IMG/VR virus record: IMGVR_UViG_3300025151_008080
Location: 6,760 to 70,759 of that record
Origin: a virus
Reading direction: 5' to 3' (one strand)
DNA: 64,000 nt
The first letter of the stretch is position 1. Each line of letters begins with the position of its first letter. The position numbers and the translations under genes are program-made. Of the stretch, positions 19,845 through 29,250 are shown piece by piece. The notes under the pieces were generated by a model. The model was not told where the DNA came from and did not search any database. It saw only the letters and a list, made by a program, of their open reading frames with translations.

Positions 19845-20558
19845 CTATCTAAAGCTAAATTTGAGCGGTATATTACCATGTACTCGGACATTGCGAGAAA
19901 TCATATGTTCGTAAATAATTGAATGCTCACTACCATCTAATTTAGGTACTTTATCTAAACAAAGAGGGAATAAGTCAAACACAATATCAAACACATAAGG
20001 CCTAGCCAACATAACACACCAATCAGTATGAGTGTTACCTCGCTCGTCTGATCTAATCCATGGAACAAACAAAATATTTGTACAGTTTCTTTTATTGTGA
20101 GTATCATATTTAGATAATTTTGTTAAAACGTAATCTATATTAGATATAAAATCTTTTAAAACTATATCACACCGAGATCTAATAACAAAATCATACACCC
20201 GGTTAGTCTTTTTACGCAAAAGGTGAGACTCTCGCATACTATAAAATTGAGATAAGCATGTATAATTAGTTGTTTTAATTTTATTAACAAAATCTGCTGA
20301 AAGTGCATCACGAAATTTAATGTGCTTTTTAGCGAAAAAATTAATTACAGGATCTAATACTTGTTGACTGTCAATAATATAATCAACCGGTTTGTATAAA
20401 TTAATATACTCTTCTGCTAACGAGGACTCCCATGTGTGTATATAGGTATCAATATTAATACCTTTAGAACGCCACTTATCTAATGTTTTTAGGGTATCAA
20501 TGCCGTCTTTATAACTATCAGCTAGGCCAGATATACATAAAGCGATGTTGTTATTCAT
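19845..20558 (-). CDS. Putative glycosyltransferase-like protein, distant relative of the GQPRF family
   Basis: IALCISG, YIHTW, SQFYS and YDFVIRSRCD. Confidence 0.55.
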   Translation of the reverse strand: MNNNIALCISGLADSYKDGIDTLKTLDKWRSKGINIDTYIHTWESSLAEEYINLYKPVDYIIDSQQVLDPVINFFAKKHIKFRDALSADFVNKIKTTNYTCLSQFYSMRESHLLRKKTNRVYDFVIRSRCDIVLKDFISNIDYVLTKLSKYDTHNKRNCTNILFVPWIRSDERGNTHTDWCVMLARPYVFDIVFDLFPLCLDKVPKLDGSEHSIIYEHMISRNVRVHGNIPLKFSFR

Positions 20559-20559
20559 T

Positions 20560-21306
20560 TTATATTAAAGAATTATATATTTTTTTAAAACTATCTACCA
20601 ATGGGTGTGCATTATTTACGTAGTGTAAATTTTTAATATAATTTGTAGTAAAATCTTTAAAGTTATATACATTTAAAGACTTTTTATTATGAATCATATT
20701 ATATAAACCAGATAAACTAGTTAAATGATAAAATTGAGTAGTAATAACTTGCTCAGTAAAATGAACCGGAATAGAGTTATTCTCAATAAGCGTATCATAA
20801 AACGTATGATCTTTTTCCCATATTTTTTTCTCTCTAAAGTCAAAATCGTTATTAGTGTTATTAATGAATGTATGATTAGATTGAATAGATCTTAATTTGT
20901 TGTTTTTATAAAAGCTAGATCTAGTTTTTGATTTACTCCCTCTTCTCATATTAATACAATCTATATGAGAATAAAAAAAGACATTTAAACCGGGGTTGGT
21001 AATAGGTATTTTATATACAATATCATCATCATCTTGTTGATACAAAAGAACTTTTTTATTTTTAGAAAAAAAATCTTTACACTGAGTATCGTCTAGTAAA
21101 ACAACATCAAACATCTCTGTCAAATAACTAATTACAACATTTCTTATTTTTTGTCTGAAGGTAAAATAATTTATCTTTAGGTTTTTATTCCATATATCTA
21201 ATATCGTATAAAAAACATCTTCCTTTTGAGAGCTAGTAAAAAAGAAAGGTGGTTTAGTTTTGAGCCAGTAATTTTCTTCCCCTCTTATATGACACACTGT
21301 TACCAT
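20560..21306 (-). CDS. Hypothetical protein, possibly GT-A-like
   Basis: 248 aa; acidic QQDDDD motif; inside the glycan island. Confidence 0.4.
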   Translation of the reverse strand: MVTVCHIRGEENYWLKTKPPFFFTSSQKEDVFYTILDIWNKNLKINYFTFRQKIRNVVISYLTEMFDVVLLDDTQCKDFFSKNKKVLLYQQDDDDIVYKIPITNPGLNVFFYSHIDCINMRRGSKSKTRSSFYKNNKLRSIQSNHTFINNTNNDFDFREKKIWEKDHTFYDTLIENNSIPVHFTEQVITTQFYHLTSLSGLYNMIHNKKSLNVYNFKDFTTNYIKNLHYVNNAHPLVDSFKKIYNSLI

Positions 21307-21839
21307 TATTTTTTAATACCCCAAAAATATAAGTCTGTTATGTGTTCGTTTACAGAAAACGCATAACTATTAAAACTGTTATCAACATTAATAACATTTC
21401 TCACATCGTTTTCAGTTAGATTTTTATAATAGTTAGCCCACTCGTTAGTAAGTAGCGGAGCATTCTCAGGAGTATTGTTAATTGTACCATGTTCATGACG
21501 GTTTGTTGATGCGCAAGTAAATAAAAACAACCCACCAGGTTTTAATAAAAAATTTACAATATGTTTTAAGCTTTCTTGATAAAACATATCATGCTCAAAG
21601 CACTCTGTACTTATAACAACATCAAATTTTTTATCTGGATTATATTTGTGAGTAGGAGACACAACATCTACGTTTTTTCCAACACCAACATCAATACCAA
21701 TGTATGTACATCTTTTGAATAGGTATCTGTTGGTACCATTTACATCTAAAGACCCACAATCTAAGACGGTTTTTTCTACAAAAAAAGTAGGATGTTGTTC
21801 CCTTACTAATTTACAAAAATTTTTTTGTTCACGATGCAT
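21306..21839 (-). CDS. Class I SAM methyltransferase
   Basis: VLDCGSLDVNG, YIGID, FDVVISTECFEHD and LKPGG. Confidence 0.85.
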   Translation of the reverse strand: MHREQKNFCKLVREQHPTFFVEKTVLDCGSLDVNGTNRYLFKRCTYIGIDVGVGKNVDVVSPTHKYNPDKKFDVVISTECFEHDMFYQESLKHIVNFLLKPGGLFLFTCASTNRHEHGTINNTPENAPLLTNEWANYYKNLTENDVRNVINVDNSFNSYAFSVNEHITDLYFWGIKK

Positions 21840-22632
21840 AAAGTTTATGTAATTTTAACATTATTTTACCGAATAATGTATGACTATTGTTATTTATCCA
21901 ATCCCAGTTTTTTATTTTTTTATATAAATGATGAGAGGTAGTAGACCAATAATGTAACGTTATGAGCTTTTCAGGTATATTATAATTGTCAATAAAAATT
22001 TTATTAACTTCAGTCCAGTGAGGGGTAAAAAAGTATTCAGGAGATAAAATCTTAATACGACCATTATTTTTAAATTTTTCATCAGCAATTTTTTTAGGTA
22101 AAAAAATTGAAGCCTCAGCCCAACCTTTAGGCTTGAACCATTTTTCGTAAAGTTTTAACCACTCTGTAAAAAAATCGCTACCTGGTTCAGTGAGTAATAC
22201 GGCATTACATATACCTTTATAATTTTCTTTATCTACAATACCTTTTTTACAAGCATACTCTAATCCTAGAACAGTCTTATATTGTAATAATTCTTTATAC
22301 GGCCTGATGGATATAGTATCTATATCCATATATATTCCACCTACTTTATAAAGTATGTCCATTCTTAATTTATCTGCTCGATGGGTTGTCTTTTCTATAG
22401 TGTGTCGGCCAATATGAGTAGGTAAATCTACCTTAACAAATTCTACTACAGATATTTCTTTTAATTTATCCCACCAAATACCGTAAGGTTGATAATAATA
22501 GTAAATATAAATTTTTTCAGGATTATTTACTAAATAAGAAGAAAATATAGAAAGATAATAAGGGAATATAAATTCTTTCTTACTATTACTTTCTTCCATG
22601 CCATATATAAAATGTATTATATTAGGTATCAT
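21829..22632 (-). CDS. Glycosyltransferase family 32 (DXD sugar-binding)
   Basis: MIPNIIHFI, ADKLRMDILYKVGGIYMDID and LHYW. Confidence 0.85.
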   Translation of the reverse strand: MIPNIIHFIYGMEESNSKKEFIFPYYLSIFSSYLVNNPEKIYIYYYYQPYGIWWDKLKEISVVEFVKVDLPTHIGRHTIEKTTHRADKLRMDILYKVGGIYMDIDTISIRPYKELLQYKTVLGLEYACKKGIVDKENYKGICNAVLLTEPGSDFFTEWLKLYEKWFKPKGWAEASIFLPKKIADEKFKNNGRIKILSPEYFFTPHWTEVNKIFIDNYNIPEKLITLHYWSTTSHHLYKKIKNWDWINNNSHTLFGKIMLKLHKLYAS

Positions 22633-23273
22633 ACATATTGGCTTGCTACATTAAAATCTTCTTGCGTATCTAAATCAATACACTCTTTTCTGTCCCTTAT
22701 AATATAAAAGTATGGATTAGCACCTACCCTACATCTATACCGCTCGTAGGCTCGTTTAGATATACCATATAAACCTGTTGTCTCTTTTATAACCGGTGTC
22801 GCATCTTGCGATCTCGGTAAAATATTAGGCTGATAATTAACTGGTTGATCTTTATGCCAAAACCAACCATATTCTTCCGTAGCGGTAAGTATAGAATCAT
22901 GCTTTGAACTATGAGTTAACTTATCTACACAGTCTCTAATAGTCTCAGGTTTTAAAAACGGAGCTGTAGCATATAATTGAAAATAAAAATCATAAGAATC
23001 TATAAAATCTATATCATAATGAAAAACATCATTACCATTAGCCGTATCTAGTGTGAGTTCCGGTTTTCGATCAATCCATTTTATTTTATTTTGAAAACAA
23101 TATCCTTTTATATCTTCACTATCAGTATCTACGTATATATTATCAAAGCACTCTGCTTGGATACAATGATCTATAATATATTTATAAAGAGGTTTATCCC
23201 CTAAAAGTTTAAAGTTTTTATCTTTAACTCTTGTAGAATTACTTTTAATAGGTATAGTAGCGGCTATTTTCAT
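22629..23273 (-). CDS. Acylneuraminate cytidylyltransferase-like (CMP-nonulosonate synthetase family)
   Basis: IPIKSNSTRVKDKN, VDTDS, ATAPF, RSQD and IDLDT.EDF; ATG at 23273 preferred. Confidence 0.85.
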   Translation of the reverse strand: MKIAATIPIKSNSTRVKDKNFKLLGDKPLYKYIIDHCIQAECFDNIYVDTDSEDIKGYCFQNKIKWIDRKPELTLDTANGNDVFHYDIDFIDSYDFYFQLYATAPFLKPETIRDCVDKLTHSSKHDSILTATEEYGWFWHKDQPVNYQPNILPRSQDATPVIKETTGLYGISKRAYERYRCRVGANPYFYIIRDRKECIDLDTQEDFNVASQYV

Positions 23274-23327
23274 TTTAATTTTTGTATAATAAAGCAATTA
23301 CCTTATTTGTAGTCATCTGCGAATAAC

Positions 23328-23924
23328 TTATACAATACCGTTGAAAGGTATTGTCTCATCATTAAAATAAACAATAAGAAAGTCGTCATACCTATGAGTG
23401 TTATCAGCAACATTTAAACGGTTTCTTGAATCTATATATATTAGATCTCTGTCGTGAGCTAGTAACTTATAAAGGGTCTCGACAGATTCAATATCTTCTA
23501 TAAAAAACATACCACCAGGTGTTAGTCTATGTTTAAATTTTTTAATAAAATTTAACTGATCAGCATATGTATGAGAACCATCTTCAATGATAATATCAAA
23601 CTTTATATCTTTAATCGGACTATCATCTATAGTGTTAATATCAAAATTATGTATGTTTACTCTTTCTGTAAACTCTTTATTATTAATTTTTTCTTGTAGT
23701 TTAGGTCTAATATCAATATCTACACCATAAATGTTAGTCTCTTTATTTTGAAAAAAATTATCCCATAATACCATGGAATTACCGTCATATAAACCAATCT
23801 CTAAAAAATTAAGCTTTTTATCTTGATAAGAATTAAAAAATTTATCGTATATATTAAGAAAATAATGGGTATACGCTTTATCTGTATTATATTTACAGTT
23901 ATTATAACAATCTATTAATTTCAT
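23328..23924 (-). CDS. Class I SAM methyltransferase (sugar O-methyltransferase-like)
   Basis: TDK...H, LEIGL..G.S, GVDI, FDIIIEDGSH and GG.FFIED. Confidence 0.8.
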   Translation of the reverse strand: MKLIDCYNNCKYNTDKAYTHYFLNIYDKFFNSYQDKKLNFLEIGLYDGNSMVLWDNFFQNKETNIYGVDIDIRPKLQEKINNKEFTERVNIHNFDINTIDDSPIKDIKFDIIIEDGSHTYADQLNFIKKFKHRLTPGGMFFIEDIESVETLYKLLAHDRDLIYIDSRNRLNVADNTHRYDDFLIVYFNDETIPFNGIV

Positions 23925-24654
23925 GAGTTAAATCTTCTATATAAGGTAAGTAATTTTTATGTTTTTGTCCGAGTTCACTGTTATTGAAGTGATGTTGGAA
24001 CCCTAAATTTAGTTTTTTATCTCTTTTTGAAACTTTATTACTTATTTGAGTTTTTCTTTTTAGTAATGTCTCATTAAAAGGAGAATAACCGTACCATAAA
24101 ATAGCGGCTTTATCAACCGTCTCTTGATTCCAGTAATGACGCCCTGTAGGGTAAGTAACATTAATTTGATGCATACTTCTTGGAGATCTATTAATGTAAA
24201 TTTGATCTGGTTTATTTACATCTACATTAATAATTCCATGAGATCTTTGTTCGTATATTGGCTTGTTTATAGATATATCTTTACCGATATTTTCTTCTAT
24301 ATCTATCATTGGTATAGATTTAACAAAAAACTGCTCTGAATGTTGGTCGCATAATGTATCAATATCTCCAATTAAAAACTCTGTTACATTAAGACACATT
24401 TTCCACCCAGGTATTCGTCTTTCGAACGATTCTACTTCTCTATCTAACCGTTCTGCGTCAAATTCTGGTTCTTTTGTATCTATGATTAACCATTGCTTTT
24501 CATCTGGACAATATTCTCTAATAATATCTACAGAATTATCTGTAGAGTTATAATTTATAAAAACCCCTCTGTCAAATATCTCAAGATGATGTTTAACAAA
24601 AAAAGGCAATAAATATTCTTCATTATAAAAATGACATAGTAGAGTTTTATTCAT
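23902..24654 (-). CDS. Glycosyltransferase family 2-like
   Basis: HFYNEEYLLPFF..HH, INYNSTDNS, LNVTEFL and GRH. Confidence 0.75.
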   Translation of the reverse strand: MNKTLLCHFYNEEYLLPFFVKHHLEIFDRGVFINYNSTDNSVDIIREYCPDEKQWLIIDTKEPEFDAERLDREVESFERRIPGWKMCLNVTEFLIGDIDTLCDQHSEQFFVKSIPMIDIEENIGKDISINKPIYEQRSHGIINVDVNKPDQIYINRSPRSMHQINVTYPTGRHYWNQETVDKAAILWYGYSPFNETLLKRKTQISNKVSKRDKKLNLGFQHHFNNSELGQKHKNYLPYIEDLTHEINRLL

Positions 24655-25523
24655 TAATTTAAAAATTCTTCAGGTGTTAAATCTATTTTACATGTTTTAC
24701 ATATACCGGTTTTTGGGGAAATATCTTTAAGAGAATTTCTCCAAAGATCGTATTTTTTACTAGCATATATATCCCATAAAAAATCATCGTTAACATTACC
24801 AGTTTTACCATTGGAGTGCTCTTTAACGTCAGATCTCGTATTACAACAAACCATCACACTACCGTTGTAATCTATATACATATTATTGAATGGTTGTTTG
24901 CAGGGTTTTGTTCTAATATAATTATTATTGTCTTTAATAACTTCTTCCGTACGTCCTGTACCTTCTAAACTAAAATTCCTAGCGCGAAGATGAACTTTTA
25001 TTCCGGGTATTTCAATTTTATATTCTATACGTTGATTATCAATATCGCTAATAACGCTGTATGGTACGTTTAATTGTTCCATTTTATTAATCATTTTTTC
25101 TTTCATTTTTTTATGATTATATTTTTCGTTATTACTTAAATATTGTTGGATAAAAAGCTCATTCAACCCACTGTCTCTTAGTTCTTCTATATAATTAGAA
25201 TCTTTTATATAATCTCCGTTAGTGTTAGTTCGTAATTTGCAGTCTGGTAATTTTTGTCTAGCTTCTTGCAATCTGGATAAAATAACATCTTTATGAGAGA
25301 GCGGTTCATTATACCTACTGTAGGTTATTTCTTGGTCGTATTTTATTTCTTTAAGTTGATTAATAATACTGAAATACATTTCATCTGACATAAATGTAAT
25401 ATCATTAATTCTATCTATATAAGAATTTGGACAAAACCAACACTTTCTATTACAAAAAGAAAAAACTTCTATTTCTATTAGTTTTAATTGTTGTTTAAAC
25501 CAATTTTTTATATTTGAGTTCAT
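24654..25523 (-). CDS. Radical SAM/SPASM(twitch) protein
   Basis: CNRKCWFC, YNEPL and TNGD, with C-terminal C..PF...G.V..CC...C..C. Confidence 0.85.
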   Translation of the reverse strand: MNSNIKNWFKQQLKLIEIEVFSFCNRKCWFCPNSYIDRINDITFMSDEMYFSIINQLKEIKYDQEITYSRYNEPLSHKDVILSRLQEARQKLPDCKLRTNTNGDYIKDSNYIEELRDSGLNELFIQQYLSNNEKYNHKKMKEKMINKMEQLNVPYSVISDIDNQRIEYKIEIPGIKVHLRARNFSLEGTGRTEEVIKDNNNYIRTKPCKQPFNNMYIDYNGSVMVCCNTRSDVKEHSNGKTGNVNDDFLWDIYASKKYDLWRNSLKDISPKTGICKTCKIDLTPEEFLN

Positions 25524-26104
25524 GCTTTTCTTTTTATAATTAACAAACCATTGTTATTTTTAAATTCTTTTTCTAAAACCCAATCTTTATTTTCTAAAAA
25601 TTCTAATATAGCCGGCATGAGACCGGTTTTTTTATTTTGCGTATTTATTTTTTTACTTGAAATGGGATCGTAATACTGATCTGTATAACCGAAAACTACA
25701 GTGTCGTGAAAAATTATATACTTATTAACCTTATTAGAATGTCTCGCTAGTTCCTGGGTAAGTTGATCGTATGTATGATATGTATCGATAAACAATAAAT
25801 CTGTTTGCTCAATATCAACCACTAATGTATCTGCTTGAGTGAACTTATATTCGATATTATTTTCAGCGGCAAGTTTATACACTGTGTCAAGATCTCCACC
25901 ATAATGAGTTGGTGGCATAATATCATAAGAATGTAAACGTTTAGGTTTACCAGCTAAAAAACCATATGATGAAACAATAGCTCTAACTCCAAACTCTGTA
26001 ACAGTACTACACTTTTCAGTGTATTCTTTTAGTGTAGGTAAATGTTCGTTAATATCTGAAGAGATATTGCATAATGAATTATATTTATTTAAAATTTCTT
26101 TCAT
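25520..26104 (-). CDS. Class I SAM methyltransferase (Methyltransf_24-like)
   Basis: SDINEHL, EFGVR, DLLFIDTYH, IIFHD and NNNGL. Confidence 0.8.
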   Translation of the reverse strand: MKEILNKYNSLCNISSDINEHLPTLKEYTEKCSTVTEFGVRAIVSSYGFLAGKPKRLHSYDIMPPTHYGGDLDTVYKLAAENNIEYKFTQADTLVVDIEQTDLLFIDTYHTYDQLTQELARHSNKVNKYIIFHDTVVFGYTDQYYDPISSKKINTQNKKTGLMPAILEFLENKDWVLEKEFKNNNGLLIIKRKA

Positions 26105-26841
26105 ATTTTATAGTGATCACATAGAGCTGCTCTAATCTTATTACAATCTTCAATATCAAACGAAGATGTCAATTTATTTCTACTAACACTTTCATAATGA
26201 TAACATTCTGCTTTACCGACAAATTTGTGCTTCAAATTATGTTTGGTACATTTTATACAAAAATCTACATCTTCAAAGCATTTCTTATAAGATATATCTA
26301 AACCACCCATATCTAAATATATGGATTTCTTAATCAAAACAAATGCAAAAGTATTACCTACATTATATTCAGTAGGTAGTTGTTTATTTTTTTGTCTTAA
26401 ATGTTTGTGAGTTACCTCAGCAGAATTATTATGAATATGGTGTATATGTCCTCCATGTTGGATAGTATTATCGGAATATAATAACTTACAACCTATAGTA
26501 CCAATATTACTAGCTGTCTCCTTCCACATTATAGATACTGCATCGTTAATTAATTCAATATCATCATTACAAAATAATATAAACTTCTCTTTAACTCTAT
26601 TGTTGATTATCCAATTGTGGTTTCTAGCAAAATTATAATTTTTAAATTTAATTAGTTCGACTTTAAAAAGAAAAGTAGAAAGATATTTTTCTAACAAATT
26701 AAGCTGATTACTATTTGAACCTGTATCTCCTACATAAAACTTTAAATTACTATATGTATTTTTTTCTTTAAAAGAGTTTAAACACCTTTCAATATAATCA
26801 AAATTATTTTTTGTAAGAATTATAACTCCTATTGATTCCAT
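26101..26841 (-). CDS. Glycosyltransferase family 2 (WbbL/rhamnosyltransferase-like)
   Basis: GDTGS, YNFARNHN, LFCNDD, GCKLLY.DNTIQHGG, FEDVDFC and HYESVSR. Confidence 0.85.
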   Translation of the reverse strand: MESIGVIILTKNNFDYIERCLNSFKEKNTYSNLKFYVGDTGSNSNQLNLLEKYLSTFLFKVELIKFKNYNFARNHNWIINNRVKEKFILFCNDDIELINDAVSIMWKETASNIGTIGCKLLYSDNTIQHGGHIHHIHNNSAEVTHKHLRQKNKQLPTEYNVGNTFAFVLIKKSIYLDMGGLDISYKKCFEDVDFCIKCTKHNLKHKFVGKAECYHYESVSRNKLTSSFDIEDCNKIRAALCDHYKI

Positions 26842-27470
26842 TTTAATGCCTTTGCAGTTTCTGGAAAATTATTTACTAATATTTCTTTACACTTCAAGGC
26901 AATATCTCGGTGTTCTTTTTGAGTGTCTTGTTGTGATCTAAGATCTATATAATGAATCCACGAACGAACATTACCTTTCATATATAATGTGGAAGAAGTC
27001 GCGAGTGGTAATACCATTCTAGCTTGTTCTTTTGCGACTCCTTGAGTAATAAGTTTATTATATGTTTGTACTGCGGTATCAATTGCATGTCGTGTTACAT
27101 TATTAATAACCGGGTCGGTTATTACATCTTCACTTGACTGTCTGTTTTTTTCAGCTTGTTTACGTAACTCTATTTTTTCGATTTCAGTCGCAACACTATA
27201 TCTTTGACTAAACTCTTGAAAAGAGAACGAGCGATGTCTTAATATTTGCGCTGCTATTGCTCGTGATGTTTTTATTTCTACGCACATATCAACCATCTCA
27301 AACGGGGACCAGTGTTTATGCTTAATTAAGTAAGCTAGTAAACGAGGAGATGATTCATGATTCATTTGATTTGATGGGTTTGAAACACGAGCACAGTAAG
27401 CAATTAACTCTTCTGGTTTGCCCGAAGAAAAAATTCTAGCGTCAGTAATAGAAACAAGGTTAACTTCCAT
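26829..27470 (-). CDS. thyX: FAD-dependent thymidylate synthase
   Basis: ARVSNP, HWSPFE, QILRHRSFSFQEFSQRY, EQAR.VLP and RSWIHY..LR. Confidence 0.95.
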   Translation of the reverse strand: MEVNLVSITDARIFSSGKPEELIAYCARVSNPSNQMNHESSPRLLAYLIKHKHWSPFEMVDMCVEIKTSRAIAAQILRHRSFSFQEFSQRYSVATEIEKIELRKQAEKNRQSSEDVITDPVINNVTRHAIDTAVQTYNKLITQGVAKEQARMVLPLATSSTLYMKGNVRSWIHYIDLRSQQDTQKEHRDIALKCKEILVNNFPETAKALKWNQ

Positions 27471-27517
27471 ACTAAAATTATATGTAAATTACATGAAATG
27501 CAAATAAATATTTACGT
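27471..27517. promoter_or_regulatory. Divergent promoters: sigma70-like for thyX (-), late TAAATA box for phoH (+)
   Basis: Minus strand TTGCAT-N15-TATAAT-N6-ATG; plus strand TAAATA(27505-27510)-N7-ATG. Confidence 0.55.
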
Positions 27518-28309
27518 ATGGCAAGAAAAGGACGTCCCCCTGGGGCAAATCATACGGGTAAAAAGGTCGCAAGACCTAAAAAGGCAAAAACTAGTGAAAC
27601 AGATACTGAAATTACGGAATGTATAAGAAAAAATACATTTTTAAATTTTAATATAAAACAACAATATAAACTATCCGAAGTCCACGACCATTTTTTAAGT
27701 ACTAGTTTTAAAGATGAGTGTAAAATGTGTTTAATTGATGGTCCTGCGGGATCTGCAAAAACATATCTATCTGTATATGTTGCATTACAATTACTCAGAA
27801 CACAAAAAATAGAAGAAATAATATATATTCGAAGTGTAGTGGAGTCAGCATCAAAAAGTATGGGCTCTTTACCCGGAGAAATCGAAGAGAAGTTTATGCC
27901 ATGGAGTCTACCACTGCTAGAAAAACTTAATGAATTACTTGATCAGCCTACCGTAAACAACTTAATGGCAGATAACTATATCAAGTGTATACCTGTCAAT
28001 TATACTAGAGGATTGACGTTTAGAAACGCTTGTGTTATAATAGATGAATCTCAAAACCTAACAAAAGAGGAGTTAACGACAATATTAACAAGATTTGGTG
28101 ATAATTCTAAATATTTCGTTGTAGGAGATACACAGCAAAGCGATATTGGTAATAAATCAGGCTTTAATATTATTTTCGATGCATTTAATACCTCAGAATC
28201 TAATAAAAAAGGAATGTATAACTTTAAGTTTACAGAATTAGATATCGTTAGATCAGAAATCTTGAAGTATATTGTAAAGGTATTAGCAAAATTAAAGGTG
28301 AAAAGCTAG
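27518..28309 (+). CDS. phoH: PhoH-family ATPase
   Basis: GPAGSAKT, G.LPG, RGLTF, IIDESQN, LTRFG, GD..QSD and DIVRS. Confidence 0.9.
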   Translation: MARKGRPPGANHTGKKVARPKKAKTSETDTEITECIRKNTFLNFNIKQQYKLSEVHDHFLSTSFKDECKMCLIDGPAGSAKTYLSVYVALQLLRTQKIEEIIYIRSVVESASKSMGSLPGEIEEKFMPWSLPLLEKLNELLDQPTVNNLMADNYIKCIPVNYTRGLTFRNACVIIDESQNLTKEELTTILTRFGDNSKYFVVGDTQQSDIGNKSGFNIIFDAFNTSESNKKGMYNFKFTELDIVRSEILKYIVKVLAKLKVKS

Positions 28310-28483
28310 AGCTTTCTTCATTCTCTCTAATAATGTACGTTTGTTCTGACCAGACTCTACTAAACGTGTGTATTCTGCTTTAAAAGCCTCTAAAAATTCT
28401 GGTGAAAACTCTAATTTTCTCGGATAAAAAGACCTCACCTGTCTCAACATGTATTTTTCACAAAGCTTATCGTATTTTTTCAC
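28292..28483 (-). CDS. Small hypothetical late protein
   Basis: 63 aa; GTG start 5 nt downstream of a TAAATA box. Confidence 0.6.
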   Translation of the reverse strand: MKKYDKLCEKYMLRQVRSFYPRKLEFSPEFLEAFKAEYTRLVESGQNKRTLLERMKKALAFHL

Positions 28484-28487
28484 ATAA

Positions 28488-29234
28488 TTATTTATTCTTC
28501 TCGAAAGAATCCTCGATCTGTTTGTTCATTTCTTTTTTAACGTAAGAATGTTCCTCGGGATCTACGTCTTTCCATACCCCTTCAAGCTTTTTAATATCTT
28601 CCATTAGTTCTGGATCAATAATATTACCAGGCTCATGAGCATCTCCTTCCGCATCTATATAGAGCTTAAGGATTTCAATTCGCTCTCTTCTATTACCAAA
28701 TACTTCTATAATAGCTGGTTTATCGTCGTGTACAAAAAGAGTTGTTTTAGGGTTGTTTTGATAATCTCTGTGTACTGCTTTAAACAGATAGTCTATCTCT
28801 TCAATAATTTTTGTATCTCTTACACCATCTTCTTCTACCTCTACTGGAGCTGATTGGGTGATGGGGGTAAAAAAGATAATATCTAAATTACGAAAACTCT
28901 CTCGTACGAGAGGAATACATTTTTGTATAAACCCGTCATCAATATCTGTATCAGATTGCTCAGATGCCCACAAACTATAAACCAAGTTATCTAAAGGGCA
29001 TCTATCAAAGATCACATTCTCACCTCGCCTATACTTACTAAGCTCCTCAATTTGAAAATTAAGAATATCCCATTGAGTTTTTTTATTAGTTTTTGATGAG
29101 TGTTCGAGATTATTATCCGTAATAATGTCTCTATAGGTTTTCTGCGGAGTCTTATAGCCAGGCCATTGTTCTAAAAAATCCTTAATTAAAGTACTCTTAC
29201 CTTGACAAGCTGTACCGCTGATTGCAATCCTCAT
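28488..29234 (-). CDS. P-loop NMP-kinase-like protein (AAA_28/NadR-like)
   Basis: RIAISGTACQGKST, IFDRCPLDNLVYS and DGVRD. Confidence 0.75.
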   Translation of the reverse strand: MRIAISGTACQGKSTLIKDFLEQWPGYKTPQKTYRDIITDNNLEHSSKTNKKTQWDILNFQIEELSKYRRGENVIFDRCPLDNLVYSLWASEQSDTDIDDGFIQKCIPLVRESFRNLDIIFFTPITQSAPVEVEEDGVRDTKIIEEIDYLFKAVHRDYQNNPKTTLFVHDDKPAIIEVFGNRRERIEILKLYIDAEGDAHEPGNIIDPELMEDIKKLEGVWKDVDPEEHSYVKKEMNKQIEDSFEKNK

Positions 29235-29250
29235 GTTACTATTTATTGCG

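Noticed and set aside
23304-23363. 19-codon ORF MMRQYLSTVLYKLFADDYK on the minus strand overlapping the methyltransferase end
   Set aside because: Too short to support. It could be a deletion scar, but there is no evidence without homologues.
7889-26841. Island interpreted as a bacterial LPS/capsule locus (prophage flank)
   Set aside because: It is flanked by phage core genes with the same tight packing and has no wzx/wzy/ABC export genes or integrase.
26829-28309. thyX and phoH as novel auxiliary genes
   Set aside because: Both are common in marine T4-like phages.
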